Below are positions 42,731-52,361 of a stretch of 64,000 bases of DNA, in pieces. The translations under genes and the position numbers were made by a program. Source of the stretch: an uncultured Verrucomicrobiae bacterium (GTDB taxonomy: Bacteria > Verrucomicrobiota > Verrucomicrobiia > Limisphaerales > Palsa-1400); contig CAVXRD010000002.1 of NCBI GenBank assembly GCA_963764165.1, forward strand, positions 128,001-192,000, written 5' to 3'. The notes beneath the pieces were generated by a model. That model had not been told where the DNA came from. It was given only the letters and a program-made list of their open reading frames with translations, and searched no databases. How positions within the stretch are numbered: position 1 is the first letter of the stretch; each line of letters opens with the position of its first letter.

Positions 42731-43561
42731 TTAGGCGAGCAAATGGCGTACGAAATCGACCGATTCTTTGATTCCGGGAACAGGGTCAGCGCCGCCCTTT
42801 TCGTATTCGAAGGCCACGATTCGCGAGTATTTCACTTCGATCAACGCGGCGATTATCCCTTTAATGTCCAAGTGGCCCTTGCCGACCTCCATGGGAATGT
42901 CTTTGGTCGCGCCCTTCTCGGCAAGCGAGTCCTTGAAATGAATGTCGTATAAGCGGCTCTGGCATTTGCGAATCGCGTCCACGGGTTCGACGCCGGCGCG
43001 ATAGCAATGCCCCACATCGATGCACACGCCGATGCGTTTATCATAGGGTTGAATGGCCGTCCAGGCATCCAAAGGCGAAGGATATTCCTTGTCACCGGGA
43101 CCGTGATTGTGAACAGCCAGCGTTTGGTTGTATTCTTTGACAAACTTTTCCACCAGCGGATAGGCGTTGAGGGCTGGTTTGCAAATCATCGTCGGAAGGC
43201 CGACGGCTTTCGCATTCTCGAAGGCAACGCGCACCTTGGCTTCGTCATTGGGCAAATTGATTACGCCACATCCGGTCACGTGCAATCCGGCATCCTTGAA
43301 TTTTTGCGCGGCGGCCCGGCATTGCTCCGGCGTGCCGGTCCACGGGCAGTGCGTTCCGAAAAGCGAGACGTTTTCGAGCCCGACCGACTTCGCGGCCGCA
43401 ATGACTTTATCCACCGGAAATTTTGAAACGGAAACGGTGGCCAATCCCAATTGAAACCGAACTTGCGCCGCTTTTGCCTTAAACGTCGTTCCCGCCAAAA
43501 TTCCCGCCGCGAACATGGCGGTGGTGCCAACGGCTTGCCGCCGAGTCATTAGAGTTGCCAT
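42731..43561 (-). CDS. Tat-exported sugar phosphate isomerase/epimerase (xylose isomerase-like TIM barrel)
   Basis: TRRQAV Tat-like signal; AVHNHG, CIDVGH, IHFKD and FEYE motifs. Confidence 0.85.
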   Translation of the reverse strand: MATLMTRRQAVGTTAMFAAGILAGTTFKAKAAQVRFQLGLATVSVSKFPVDKVIAAAKSVGLENVSLFGTHCPWTGTPEQCRAAAQKFKDAGLHVTGCGVINLPNDEAKVRVAFENAKAVGLPTMICKPALNAYPLVEKFVKEYNQTLAVHNHGPGDKEYPSPLDAWTAIQPYDKRIGVCIDVGHCYRAGVEPVDAIRKCQSRLYDIHFKDSLAEKGATKDIPMEVGKGHLDIKGIIAALIEVKYSRIVAFEYEKGGADPVPGIKESVDFVRHLLA

Positions 43562-43599
43562 GGGTCGATCTTAGAATTGGCGGTCTGCCGCGTCGAGCT

Positions 43600-43627
43600 T
43601 GTAATATTGGCGCCGGCAGCCGCGACT
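43600..43627 (+). promoter_or_regulatory. Possible autoregulatory ECF promoter
   Basis: TGTAAT-17 nt-CGACT just upstream of an ECF gene. Confidence 0.3.
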
Positions 43628-43649
43628 AATCTATACAGAGAACGGCATT

Positions 43650-44180
43650 ATGCCCCCGAACGACACGCACGAACGCGACGAAAGATTCCTGGCGCTGGTC
43701 AATGAGAACCGCGCGAGGATTCTTAAAATCTGCCGTGTCTACGCCAGCAACCCGTCTGACCACGAAGACCTCTACCAGGAAATACTCATGCAAATCTGGC
43801 GAAGTTTCGGAAGCCTTCAGGAAGCCGCGCACGCGGATACGTGGCTTTATCGCGTAGCGCTGAACACCGGCATTTCCTTCCTGCGAAAGCGGACGGCCGC
43901 GCACGCCAAATCGACACTGTCGCTGGCCCCGGATCAGATTCGCGAACTCGCCGACAAACAGCCCGCCGACAGTCAAGAGAATTCCCAAGCGCTAGCCGTG
44001 TTATACGAAGCCATTTCCAAGTTGGACGCAGTCGAGCGCGCGCTGATCACACTTTTTCTTGAAGACCTGAGCTACGAACAGATTGCGGAAGTGCTTGGGA
44101 CAACGACCAGCAACATTGGCGTCATGCTGCATCGTGCCAAAAAGAAACTCGCCGCGCTAACGCAGGAGGTTGCGCCATGA
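43650..44180 (+). CDS. ECF RNA polymerase sigma factor
   Basis: EDLYQEILMQIW, TWLYRVALNT and LSYEQIAEVLG...LHRAKKKL. Confidence 0.92.
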   Translation: MPPNDTHERDERFLALVNENRARILKICRVYASNPSDHEDLYQEILMQIWRSFGSLQEAAHADTWLYRVALNTGISFLRKRTAAHAKSTLSLAPDQIRELADKQPADSQENSQALAVLYEAISKLDAVERALITLFLEDLSYEQIAEVLGTTTSNIGVMLHRAKKKLAALTQEVAP

Positions 44181-44776
44181 ACGAAGATGACTTGAAGAAA
44201 CTCTGGCGGCAGCAACCGTTGAATGTTCCCCCGCCACTTGCGGGAGCAGGCCAGATACGAGACATCGAGCAGAAGATGAAACGCTTTGATCGCATTATCA
44301 AATGGCGCGACGTGCGGGAATTGGCCGCGTGCGCTGTTGTGGCAGTTGCGTTTGGCGGGCTGTTCGTTGGCGTGCATCCGCCGGTGGCGCGGCTTGGGTG
44401 CGCGATCACCGTTGCTGGGGCGTTTTTCATTGCCTGGCGTCTCGTGTCAAGCAAACGCAAAGCGGGGCCGGAAATTCCCGGCGCGCCGGTGATGGAGGCT
44501 TTGCGCCGGGAGATTCTCAAGGTGGATATTCAAATCTCGCTGCTGCGTTCCGTTTGGTGGTGGTATCTTCTGCCCACACTCGGCGGCGCTTCCATTTTTG
44601 CTTTGGGTGTTCAACCGGACCCGCGCAAGCGAATCGTGATGCTGGCCGCATTTCTATTCGCGGGCGTGGTGGTCCATTGGGTGAATCAACGCGCGGTGCG
44701 GCAGTATCTCGTGCCGCTCAAAACTGAACTCGAATCCATGATTGGTTCGAGTTCGCAAACTGACAAAACAAAATGA
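44177..44776 (+). CDS. Four-TM membrane protein, putative anti-sigma factor
   Basis: MNEDDLKKLWRQQ start overlapping the ECF stop; four hydrophobic segments; LRSVWWWYLLP. Confidence 0.75.
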   Translation: MNEDDLKKLWRQQPLNVPPPLAGAGQIRDIEQKMKRFDRIIKWRDVRELAACAVVAVAFGGLFVGVHPPVARLGCAITVAGAFFIAWRLVSSKRKAGPEIPGAPVMEALRREILKVDIQISLLRSVWWWYLLPTLGGASIFALGVQPDPRKRIVMLAAFLFAGVVVHWVNQRAVRQYLVPLKTELESMIGSSSQTDKTK

Positions 44777-46411
44777 AATCAATCGTTACAAATACCTTGC
44801 ACTTAATTCAATCCAAACGGCCGGTAGGGCGAGGCTCCTGCCGAACCATCCCCTTTCTGCGTATCGCACGCTTCCAAGCCTGCATGACGTGTTGCGGCAA
44901 GCAGATTTGGAAATCTGCGATACAGCAGACTTGGAAGTCTGCGCTACGCCTTCAGCAGGCATTCGTTGCGAATGAGGACGGCTCGGCGGGAGCCTCGCCC
45001 TACCGTGCTTTTTCGAATGCGACCATCGAATTATTTATTCGGCCAGCGGCTATTGCGCTGCTCTTTCTTGCAAACAGCGTGATCGCAAAGGCCGATTCCA
45101 AACTTCCCTCGGACAATGCCATCCAGGCCGTCCTTACGAAATGCGTGGCCGAACAGAATCGCGCCCCGGGCATTGTCATCGGGGTAGTCGACTCCAGCGG
45201 CGCGCGTGTATTTGCCAGGGGCACGATCGATTACGATGATCCAAAATCCGTCACGGGCGACAGCGTTTTTGAAATCGGCTCGGCGTCAAAGGTCTTCACC
45301 GCACTGCTGCTGGAGGAGATGGTGGAGAACGGCGAAGTGAAGTTAGACGATCCAGTTGGCAAATATCTTCCCGCCTCCATCAAAGTGCCCTCGCGAAATG
45401 GCCGCGAAATAACGCTGGTTGATCTTGCCACACAAACTTCCGGGCTGCCACGATTGCCGGACAATCTCGATTCCAAGGACTTCAATAATCCCTACGCCGA
45501 TTACACTGCCGACAAGCTCTACGAATATCTTTCGCAGTGCAAACTGACGCGTGATATTGGCAGCAAATACGAATACTCCAACCTCGCCGTCGGGTTGCTC
45601 GGTCATGCCCTGGCGCTGCGCGCGAAATCCGATTACGAGAACGCTCCTGGTGAATCGCATTTGCAATCCGCTTCACATGGACAGCACGCGCATCACGCTG
45701 TCCCCGGAATTGAAAGCGCGCCTCGCACTGGGCCATAACGCAGCCGGGTTCCTCGCGCAGAATTGGGACTTGAACGTGCTGGCTGGCGCAGGCGGCATCC
45801 GCTCCACCGTGAACGACTTGGTGAAATTCATGGCGGCAAACGCGGGTTTGAGCAACAGTACCCTATCGCACGCAATGGCAGCCACCCATGAACCGCGGCA
45901 TGAAACTTCACCGGGCGGGAAAATCGGCCTCATTTGGCAGATTAAAACTTCGTCGGGCGTTGTCTGGCACAATGGCGGGACAGGTGGGTATCATTCCTAT
46001 ATTGGCATGGCGAAGAATCCGAATCGCGCCGTAGTCGTCCTCGCCAACTCTGCCAATGACATCGATGACATCGGCCAATATCTGCTCGGTGATCGCAACG
46101 ACGTGAAAGATTTCGAAGCGCCCAAGCATCACAAATTGGCGAAGATCGATACCAAGGTTTACGACGATTACGAGGGGGTTTATCAATTCAGCGGCGCGCC
46201 TGTCACTATTACGATGACTCGCGATGGCGACCGTTTTTACGCACAAATGACGGGGCAGGACAAATTCGAAGTTTTCCCGGAATCGGCGACGGACTTTTTC
46301 TTCAAGATCGTCGATGCGCAACTGACGTTCGAGCGGAACGCGGATAAATCCGTGAGCGCGGTCATCCTGCACCAAGGTGGAATCGATCAACGCGTGACTA
46401 GAGTCAAGTAA
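44773..46411 (+). pseudogene. Serine hydrolase (beta-lactamase/AmpC-like) with C-terminal DUF3471-like domain, +1 frameshift near 45640
   Basis: FEIGSASK (SxxK) and YEYSN in ORF 44773-45738; LLVNRICNPLHM, AGAGGIRST and WHNGGTGG continue in ORF 45551-46411. Removing one A at 45640/45641 joins them. Confidence 0.8.
44823..45004. repeat. Composite REP element (family B) inside the CDS
   Basis: GGTAGGGCGAGGCTCCTGCCGAACC ... GGCTCGGCGGGAGCCTCGCCCTACC with nested GCAGATTTGGAAATCTGC and GCAGACTTGGAAGTCTGCGCTAC. Confidence 0.85.
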
Positions 46412-46416
46412 AGACG

Positions 46417-46531
46417 TTCGCGAAGCGAGGTAGGGACGCCTCGCCGAGGCGTCCGGTTGCGTGTGAAGAATGCAACGGCTCTCGCATAAAGAAAGCCTCA
46501 CCCCGGACGCCTCGGCGAGGCGTCCCTACCT
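46417..46531. repeat. REP doublet (REPIN), family A
   Basis: AGGTAGGGACGCCTCGCCGAGGCGTCCGG and its exact inverted copy CCGGACGCCTCGGCGAGGCGTCCCTACCT. Confidence 0.9.
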
Positions 46532-47635
46532 TCAAACCAGAGCGTTGCCGGTCGCGGTGTCAAAGAAACAGACCCCGCCCATGTCAAAATTCAGCGCCAG
46601 GCGTTCCCCTGCCCTGGCGCTGACGCCACTGGCGGTTCGAAGAACAAAAGGAATTCCGTGCGCCGCGCAGTAAATCAAATTCTCAGGCCCCATCCGCTCA
46701 ACGCGCTGAACGCATCCCTCGATGCCCAATGGTCCGGCGACTGAAATGCGCTCGGGCCGCAAGCCAAGCGTGACCGCCTTGCCTGTATGGCTCACCAGTC
46801 TCTGGCCAATGCCTCGTTCGAGCGGCACGACAAATCGATTTTCGACTCCTCCAGTGAAGGCCAGGGATCCGTTGCACTGCTGCAATGTCCCCTCGACAAA
46901 ATTCATCGGCGGCGAACCCATGAAACCCGCCACAAAACGGTTGGCCGGGCGCTCGTATAATTCCACCGGCGACCCGATTTGCTGCAACGCGCCATCGCGC
47001 ATCACCGCGACGCGGTCCGCCAGCGCCATCGCCTCGGCCTGGTCGTGCGTCACGTAAATCATCATCGCGCCCGCTTTGCGGCGGAGTTCCGTGATTTCCC
47101 CGCGCAGTTGCAGGCGCATGGGTGAATCGAGATTGGAAAGCGGCTCGTCAAATAGAAAAACTTTCGGCTGCCGCACCAGTGCCCGTCCAAGCGCCACCCG
47201 CTGGCATTCGCCGCCGGAAAGCGCGGGCGGCTTGCGTTCCAGCAAGGTTGTCAAATGAAGCATTTCCGCCGCGGAATTCACCCGCCGCGCAATTTCGTCC
47301 TTGGGCACCTTGCGCAGCATCAGCCCGAAGGCGAGATTTTCGTAGGCCGTCAAATGCGGCAGCAGCGCGTGGTTTTGAAACAACATCGCCACATCGCGAT
47401 CCCTCGGCGGCACACCGGCAAGCGACACGCCATCGAGTTGAATGTTGCCTTCATCCGGCGTTTCCAAACCGGCGATCAAACGCAGCGTCGTCGTCTTTCC
47501 GCAGCCCGAAGGACCGACGATGACGAGAAATTCCTGATCAGCGAGGGCTAGATCAAGATGCGACACCGCGCCGACGTTTTCACGCCGCGCTCCTTTGAAC
47601 TGCTTGGAAACATTCTCAAGAACCAACCGAGCCAT
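46532..47635 (-). CDS. MalK/UgpC-like ABC transporter ATP-binding protein
   Basis: GPSGCGKTT, LSGGECQRVALGR, FDEPLSNLD, YVTHDQAEA and TOBE tail; ATG 47635. Confidence 0.9.
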   Translation of the reverse strand: MARLVLENVSKQFKGARRENVGAVSHLDLALADQEFLVIVGPSGCGKTTTLRLIAGLETPDEGNIQLDGVSLAGVPPRDRDVAMLFQNHALLPHLTAYENLAFGLMLRKVPKDEIARRVNSAAEMLHLTTLLERKPPALSGGECQRVALGRALVRQPKVFLFDEPLSNLDSPMRLQLRGEITELRRKAGAMMIYVTHDQAEAMALADRVAVMRDGALQQIGSPVELYERPANRFVAGFMGSPPMNFVEGTLQQCNGSLAFTGGVENRFVVPLERGIGQRLVSHTGKAVTLGLRPERISVAGPLGIEGCVQRVERMGPENLIYCAAHGIPFVLRTASGVSARAGERLALNFDMGGVCFFDTATGNALV

Positions 47636-47716
47636 CGCCCGATTTTCATTGGGCCACGCGCGGCTGTCCAGAACCGTTTGTGAAATGCGCGCATCTAGTG
47701 TTGCAGAGCGGAGGAT

Positions 47717-47765
47717 GCGGTCGGCGAGGGCGCCGACCGCGACACGCGAGGCGCGTGTGCTCCCC
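47717..47765. repeat. REP, family C
   Basis: GCGGTCGGCGAGGGCGCCGACCGC-GACACGCGAGGCGCGTGTGCTCCCC. Confidence 0.7.
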
Positions 47766-47840
47766 AAACAGGTCGATCCAAGCGTACGGCGACTTAGATG
47801 TCCGGGGAGCGGAGGCGCCCCCGCATGCAGCGGGACGCGC

Positions 47841-48314
47841 CTAGCGTACAGCATCACGCAATTCCAATAAATGCGTCACGTCTTTTGTCGATTCGGTTGG
47901 GCGAAAGCCATTCGATTCAAAAAAAGCGGCCGCCGCCTCAGTTCGCAGATGCAACAGCTCGAAGCGCCCGCGCGCTTCTGCAATCACCGCTTGCAGCAAC
48001 GCCTTCCCAAGTCCCTGTTTGCGGTATTTCGGGAAGACATAGAGGCGGCGCACGCGACCAACTCGTTCGTCCGCCGCATACGGATCGCAATTCAGCCCGC
48101 AAATGCCAGCAACGACGCCGTCGATTTGACAGCAAAACAACGCTTCACCAGGACGTTCAAAGCGATTCGCGCCCGACTCCCATTCGCGCATCAAGCGATC
48201 AACAAACTTAAAGCCTTCCGAGAGGCTTGAAGCGCGCAATTCCGCGAGCAATTCGGGGTCAAGTCGAATGATTATGGAAATGTGGATCATTTGGGACTGC
48301 GCTTCACCCACCAT
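47841..48314 (-). CDS. GNAT family N-acetyltransferase
   Basis: VRRLYVFPKYRKQGLGKALL acetyl-CoA motif; GLNCDPY. Confidence 0.85.
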   Translation of the reverse strand: MVGEAQSQMIHISIIIRLDPELLAELRASSLSEGFKFVDRLMREWESGANRFERPGEALFCCQIDGVVAGICGLNCDPYAADERVGRVRRLYVFPKYRKQGLGKALLQAVIAEARGRFELLHLRTEAAAAFFESNGFRPTESTKDVTHLLELRDAVR

Positions 48315-49210
48315 CACGACAAGGCCGGCCGCCTTCGGAGCGCGAGGACTGCAGCCGCCGCGCCGCCCAAAACCGCAAGCAACGTTCCCTCCGTCAGCCA
48401 GCGGAAGAACGCGCGGTAATTTGGAAAAGTTGGTTTTTGCTCCGCTCTGGCCGGATTGAGGACGGTGACATTCGCGCTGGTTTTCCCGCGCTTTTCCTCC
48501 TCCACTTCGAACTGATGGTAACTTTCGGCCATCGCGTTGGCAATCAGCGCAGCCTGCGCCGGATCCGGGCTGCTGGCGGAAATCTCGTACAAATCCATCA
48601 GGCGCGTTCGTTTGACGGTGATTAGTCTCAAAAGGCGGCCATACGTTTCGGCCATTGTGAATCGAGGCAGATTAGCCTGTTGCGCCAATTTCTCGTCCAA
48701 ACGCAGTTGGACGATGACGTTGGTCAGGAGCCGGTAGGATTCCATAATCTTCGGCTGCGTCCTCGTAAAATAAGCATCTTTGCCGGGGTTCGATGCCCTA
48801 ACCAGAACCTGGCTGGAATAGACGCGAGGAGACCAGAGCATTAGCAATTCGCTCCAGACCAGCGCCGCCACTGTCGCACCGATAAACACCCGCAGAAACG
48901 CGAGCCGAACAGGTGTGTCGCGCCGCAGAGTGTTCGCGAATTTGCCGAACAACCCTCCCCCCTCGCGCAAGCTGGAAATGTGTTCCGTGACTATCGTTCT
49001 CACCAAATCCACCAACGCACGCATCCACAGCAATCCCAGCCCCAAACTGCGTGACCGGCGCCACGCATCCCGACATTGATCGCGGAAGACTTGTTTCATC
49101 GGCGCGCCGAACTCGCGGCGAAAGGCCCCTGGATACATGCACAGCAAGCACGCATAAATCCGGACGGAGATATCCACGGCGCGGCTATCGGATTTGTTGG
49201 GCGCGCTCAT
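48314..49210 (-). CDS. PadR-associated membrane protein with Wzz-like periplasmic domain
   Basis: N-terminal YACLLCMYPGAFRREFGAPMKQVFRD; TM, YSSQVLV...ISASSPDPAQAALIANAMAESY...P..PTFP, TM. Confidence 0.7.
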   Translation of the reverse strand: MSAPNKSDSRAVDISVRIYACLLCMYPGAFRREFGAPMKQVFRDQCRDAWRRSRSLGLGLLWMRALVDLVRTIVTEHISSLREGGGLFGKFANTLRRDTPVRLAFLRVFIGATVAALVWSELLMLWSPRVYSSQVLVRASNPGKDAYFTRTQPKIMESYRLLTNVIVQLRLDEKLAQQANLPRFTMAETYGRLLRLITVKRTRLMDLYEISASSPDPAQAALIANAMAESYHQFEVEEEKRGKTSANVTVLNPARAEQKPTFPNYRAFFRWLTEGTLLAVLGGAAAAVLALRRRPALS

Positions 49211-49593
49211 GCTGCTCCTTCTCTCGCTGGCTTTTGAAGATGGCTGAGAAGCTGTTTGCGCCGGGCCAGCTTCGCCATCTCATGGTATCGCCGCGCCTCC
49301 GCTTCGACGACGCGCTGCCCAACCCCGGTCAGGCGATAGTAACGGCGCCGCTCGTCATCCTCCTTGGCGGCCGGACGTTGGTCCGATTCCTCGATCAACC
49401 CAGCCTTGAGCAGTCTCTTGATGGTTCCGTAGAGCGTGCCGGGCCCCATTTTAATTCCCCCATCCGTGGTTTCCGCGACGTCCTGCATGATGGCATAGCC
49501 GTGCCGCTCCCCATCGGCCAAGGCGAGCAGGATGTGGAAAACCGCGGGTGTCAGCGGCAAAAAATCTTCGGGATCAATATCTAATGTCTTCAT
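49207..49593 (-). CDS. PadR family transcriptional regulator
   Basis: ILLALADGERHGYAIM, GPGTLYGTIKRL and RRRYYRLT. Confidence 0.93.
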   Translation of the reverse strand: MKTLDIDPEDFLPLTPAVFHILLALADGERHGYAIMQDVAETTDGGIKMGPGTLYGTIKRLLKAGLIEESDQRPAAKEDDERRRYYRLTGVGQRVVEAEARRYHEMAKLARRKQLLSHLQKPAREGAA

Positions 49594-49614
49594 GGCGAAC
49601 TATCATTTTGACGG

Positions 49615-49635
49615 TTATATCCATTACGGATATAA
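49615..49635. promoter_or_regulatory. Palindromic operator, probably PadR autoregulation
   Basis: TTATATCC-ATTAC-GGATATAA, a perfect 8-bp inverted repeat 21 bp upstream of the PadR start. Confidence 0.6.
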
Positions 49636-49764
49636 AATGGCAGAACTGGTTTGCGGCGTCAAGCCCTTTAGTTGCGCAAATCAAGCCCTTGTGAAAAAAT
49701 CTCGGCAATGCGGTGAAAATTGGATTTGCAATGCGTCCGTTCATCGAAAAAATTACGGCTGCGA

Positions 49765-50373
49765 ATGACCAAACCCAAAACCAAAAAGGCCGCGAGGGCA
49801 AAGCCGGCACCAGTCAAGCCGCTTGAGTTTCCAGGATCATCCGAATTTCGCGCCTGGCTGGAATTAAACCACGACAAGTGTGATGGCATCTGGCTGCGGT
49901 TTTTCAAGAAGGCGTCGAAGGTGGTGTCTGTCAATTATGCGGAAGCGCTCGATCATTCACTCAGTTTTGGGTGGATTGACGGGCAGGTGCGCCCGTTTGA
50001 CGAGAAATCGTGGATACAGAAATTCACGCCGCGCCGCGCCCGCAGTTCGTGGTCGAAGCGGAATACCGAACACGTCGCGCGCCTGACCAAATCCGGCCTT
50101 ATGCATGCCGCCGGCCAAAAGGCCATCGACGCCGCCAAGGCTGATGGGCGCTGGGCGGCTGCCTATGATTCGCCGCGCAACGCAGCCCCGCCGGCGGATT
50201 TTCTCAAAGCGCTTGAGTCAAATAAAAAGGCGAAGGAGTTTTTCGCCATCCTCAACCGCGCCAATATTTATTACATCGCCTACAACCTTCAGACCGCCAA
50301 GAAACCGGAGACGCGGGAGCGGCGTTTTAAGATGATTATGGATTCGCTGGAGCGCGGGAAGAAATTTCACTGA
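49765..50373 (+). CDS. YdeI/OmpD-associated (bacteriocin-protection) family protein
   Basis: FRAWLE, FGWIDG, FTPRRARSSWS..N and AKKPETRERR. Confidence 0.9.
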   Translation: MTKPKTKKAARAKPAPVKPLEFPGSSEFRAWLELNHDKCDGIWLRFFKKASKVVSVNYAEALDHSLSFGWIDGQVRPFDEKSWIQKFTPRRARSSWSKRNTEHVARLTKSGLMHAAGQKAIDAAKADGRWAAAYDSPRNAAPPADFLKALESNKKAKEFFAILNRANIYYIAYNLQTAKKPETRERRFKMIMDSLERGKKFH

Positions 50374-50387
50374 CCTCGCCGAATTAA

Positions 50388-50553
50388 GGTAGCAACGGCC
50401 TCGCCGAGGCGTCCGAAGCCGTGGCAAATTGTTGACGTTTTCTTTTCCCCAGAGCAAGCGGCAGGCGCCAGCTTTGCCACACTGCGCGTTAGCACATATG
50501 TGTGCGTTGGAAAATCATCACATCCCCGGACGCCTCGGCGAGGCGTCCCGACC
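50388..50553. repeat. REP doublet, family A
   Basis: GGTAGCAACGGCCTCGCCGAGGCGTCCG ... CCGGACGCCTCGGCGAGGCGTCCCGACC. Confidence 0.8.
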
Positions 50554-50577
50554 TTTAATCAGCGGGCTTCGCCCGGG

Positions 50578-51684
50578 TTACATGTTTCGGACGAAGACCT
50601 TGCCTGGCAGCTGGCGAACCATCCGTTTCATTTCCAAGCCCAGCAAACCAACTGATACCGCCGAGGCCGGCAAGCCGCTTCGCCGGATGATGTCGTCGAT
50701 GCTGATCTCCTGGCTGTCAACCAAATCGTAGATGGTTGTTTCGTTTTCGGACAGCGACAAGGCGGGCATATCCGGCGAGTCCTTCAGCATCGAAGGCCGC
50801 TTGCTGGCTGGGAACAGATATTCAAACTCAGAGAGGATGTCATCAATGCCTTCGCATAGCTTTGCGCCGTTCTTGATGAGGTCGTGGCAGCCCTTGCTGC
50901 GCGGAGAATCGATGCGGCCGGGCACCGCGAAAACCTGCCGCCCGTTCTCCGCCGCCATCTTGGCCGTGATGAGCGCCCCGCTGGTGAGATTCGCCTCGAC
51001 GACAACGGTGCCGAGCGTCATGCCAGCCACAATGCGGTTTCGGATGGGAAAACTTTGCTTGTCGGCTTTGCGATTGAAAGGGAATTGGGTAATGACCGCG
51101 CCTTGGGTGGCGATGCGCTCGAACAGCTCCCGATTTTCCGACGGGAACACAATGTTGATCCCTGTGCCCAGCACGGCAATGGTGCGCCCTTTGGATTGGA
51201 GCGCGCCTTGATGCGCCGCCGTGTCGATGCCCCGCGCTCCACCGCTGACCACCGTCACTCCGATGTAGCCCAATTGATAGGAGAATTTGCGCGCGACTTC
51301 CACCCCGTAATGAGTGGTCATGCGCGAGCCGACAATGGCCACCGCGTTCTTATCCTTCGCCAGCAGCGTTCCCTTCACGTAGAGGACGATGGGAGGATCG
51401 TAGATTTGCTTGAGGTGCTCGGGATAAGCGTCGTCAGTGGGAATAACGATTTGGCAGCCGTATTTTTCGATGTTCGCCAGTTCCCCTTTGAGGTCGATGG
51501 ATTTTTCCCAGCCCGCGATGGCCGCCGCCGTTTCCGGGCCGATGCCTTGGACGCGCTGCAATTGGGAAACGCCCGCCTTTAGTATGTCACCCGGCTCGGC
51601 AAAGTGCTCGAGCAACTGCCGGGCGCGCACCGGGCCAATGCCGTCAATAAGATTTAGCGCAACAAACGTTTCGCGGGCATCCAC
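50578..51684 (-). CDS. dprA: DNA-processing protein DprA
   Basis: YP..LKQIYDPP, AIVGSR, VSGGARGIDTAAH, FPIRNRIVAG and VFAVPG; GTG 51684. Confidence 0.95.
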   Translation of the reverse strand: MDARETFVALNLIDGIGPVRARQLLEHFAEPGDILKAGVSQLQRVQGIGPETAAAIAGWEKSIDLKGELANIEKYGCQIVIPTDDAYPEHLKQIYDPPIVLYVKGTLLAKDKNAVAIVGSRMTTHYGVEVARKFSYQLGYIGVTVVSGGARGIDTAAHQGALQSKGRTIAVLGTGINIVFPSENRELFERIATQGAVITQFPFNRKADKQSFPIRNRIVAGMTLGTVVVEANLTSGALITAKMAAENGRQVFAVPGRIDSPRSKGCHDLIKNGAKLCEGIDDILSEFEYLFPASKRPSMLKDSPDMPALSLSENETTIYDLVDSQEISIDDIIRRSGLPASAVSVGLLGLEMKRMVRQLPGKVFVRNM

Positions 51685-51741
51685 GCGCGGAGCAAACAGG
51701 TTTTCCGCCCAAACCGCAAGCCATAACCACAGAGACGGGAA

Positions 51742-51882
51742 GCCACAGACGGCACAGATCAACACAGATAAATTCAAAACCCGAAAAGAAACGGGAGATC
51801 GAGTCGGTTACTGAAAACTTCTCGCGTTGGCGTCCTTCACAATCAGTTCTTTAAAATCTGTGTTGATCTGTGCATCTGTGGC
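51742..51882. repeat. CACAGAT-type periodic inverted repeat
   Basis: GCCACAGACGGCACAGATCAACACAGAT and inverted ATCTGTGTTGATCTGTGCATCTGTGGC. Confidence 0.85.
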
Positions 51883-51897
51883 TCGAAAAGGAGTTTG

Positions 51898-52227
51898 TTA
51901 TCTGTGGAGCGAATCGAGGTATTTCTGATACTGCTTCTGCTGCCGTTCCCAGGTTTCCAGGATTTTGTCATATCTATCTTCTTGGGCGGCCTGGCGTTTG
52001 ACGACTTGCTCCTCTTGTTGCTGGAGGGCATCGGCGCGTTTATGCATGTCTTCCTGCTCCTTGAGCAATTCGTTGTAGCGTTTTGCTCTCGCCAATTGGT
52101 CTTCGGTCAGTTTCTGGTAGTTGGCGTTGTCGGCGCTCGATTGCGCCGTGACTGGGGACGTTGTCAGAAAACAGATGACCGCCACTCCCGCTGCGATCCC
52201 GCCCGAAATGAACATTATTCGTTTCAT
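51898..52227 (-). CDS. Small secreted coiled-coil protein
   Basis: Signal peptide followed by a Q/E/K-rich helix, 109 aa. Confidence 0.7.
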   Translation of the reverse strand: MKRIMFISGGIAAGVAVICFLTTSPVTAQSSADNANYQKLTEDQLARAKRYNELLKEQEDMHKRADALQQQEEQVVKRQAAQEDRYDKILETWERQQKQYQKYLDSLHR

Positions 52228-52361
52228 AGAGAATTCCGTTGCAGGGGGCTGCGCTCGAATCCTTCAACAAGCGACGTTCGCATAACGTAGCGCACGTCAG
52301 GAATAGAATCAACGGGGCCAGGCGGAGCGGAAGAACCGCCGCGTCAGGCAGTGGGAAGCGC

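Noticed and set aside
45630..45650. Programmed frameshift in the serine hydrolase
   Set aside because: No slippery heptamer or homopolymer at the site; mutation or sequencing error is more likely.
47636..47857. N-terminal extension of the ABC ATPase
   Set aside because: It consists of family C REP sequence, and the domain starts at MARLVLENVSK.
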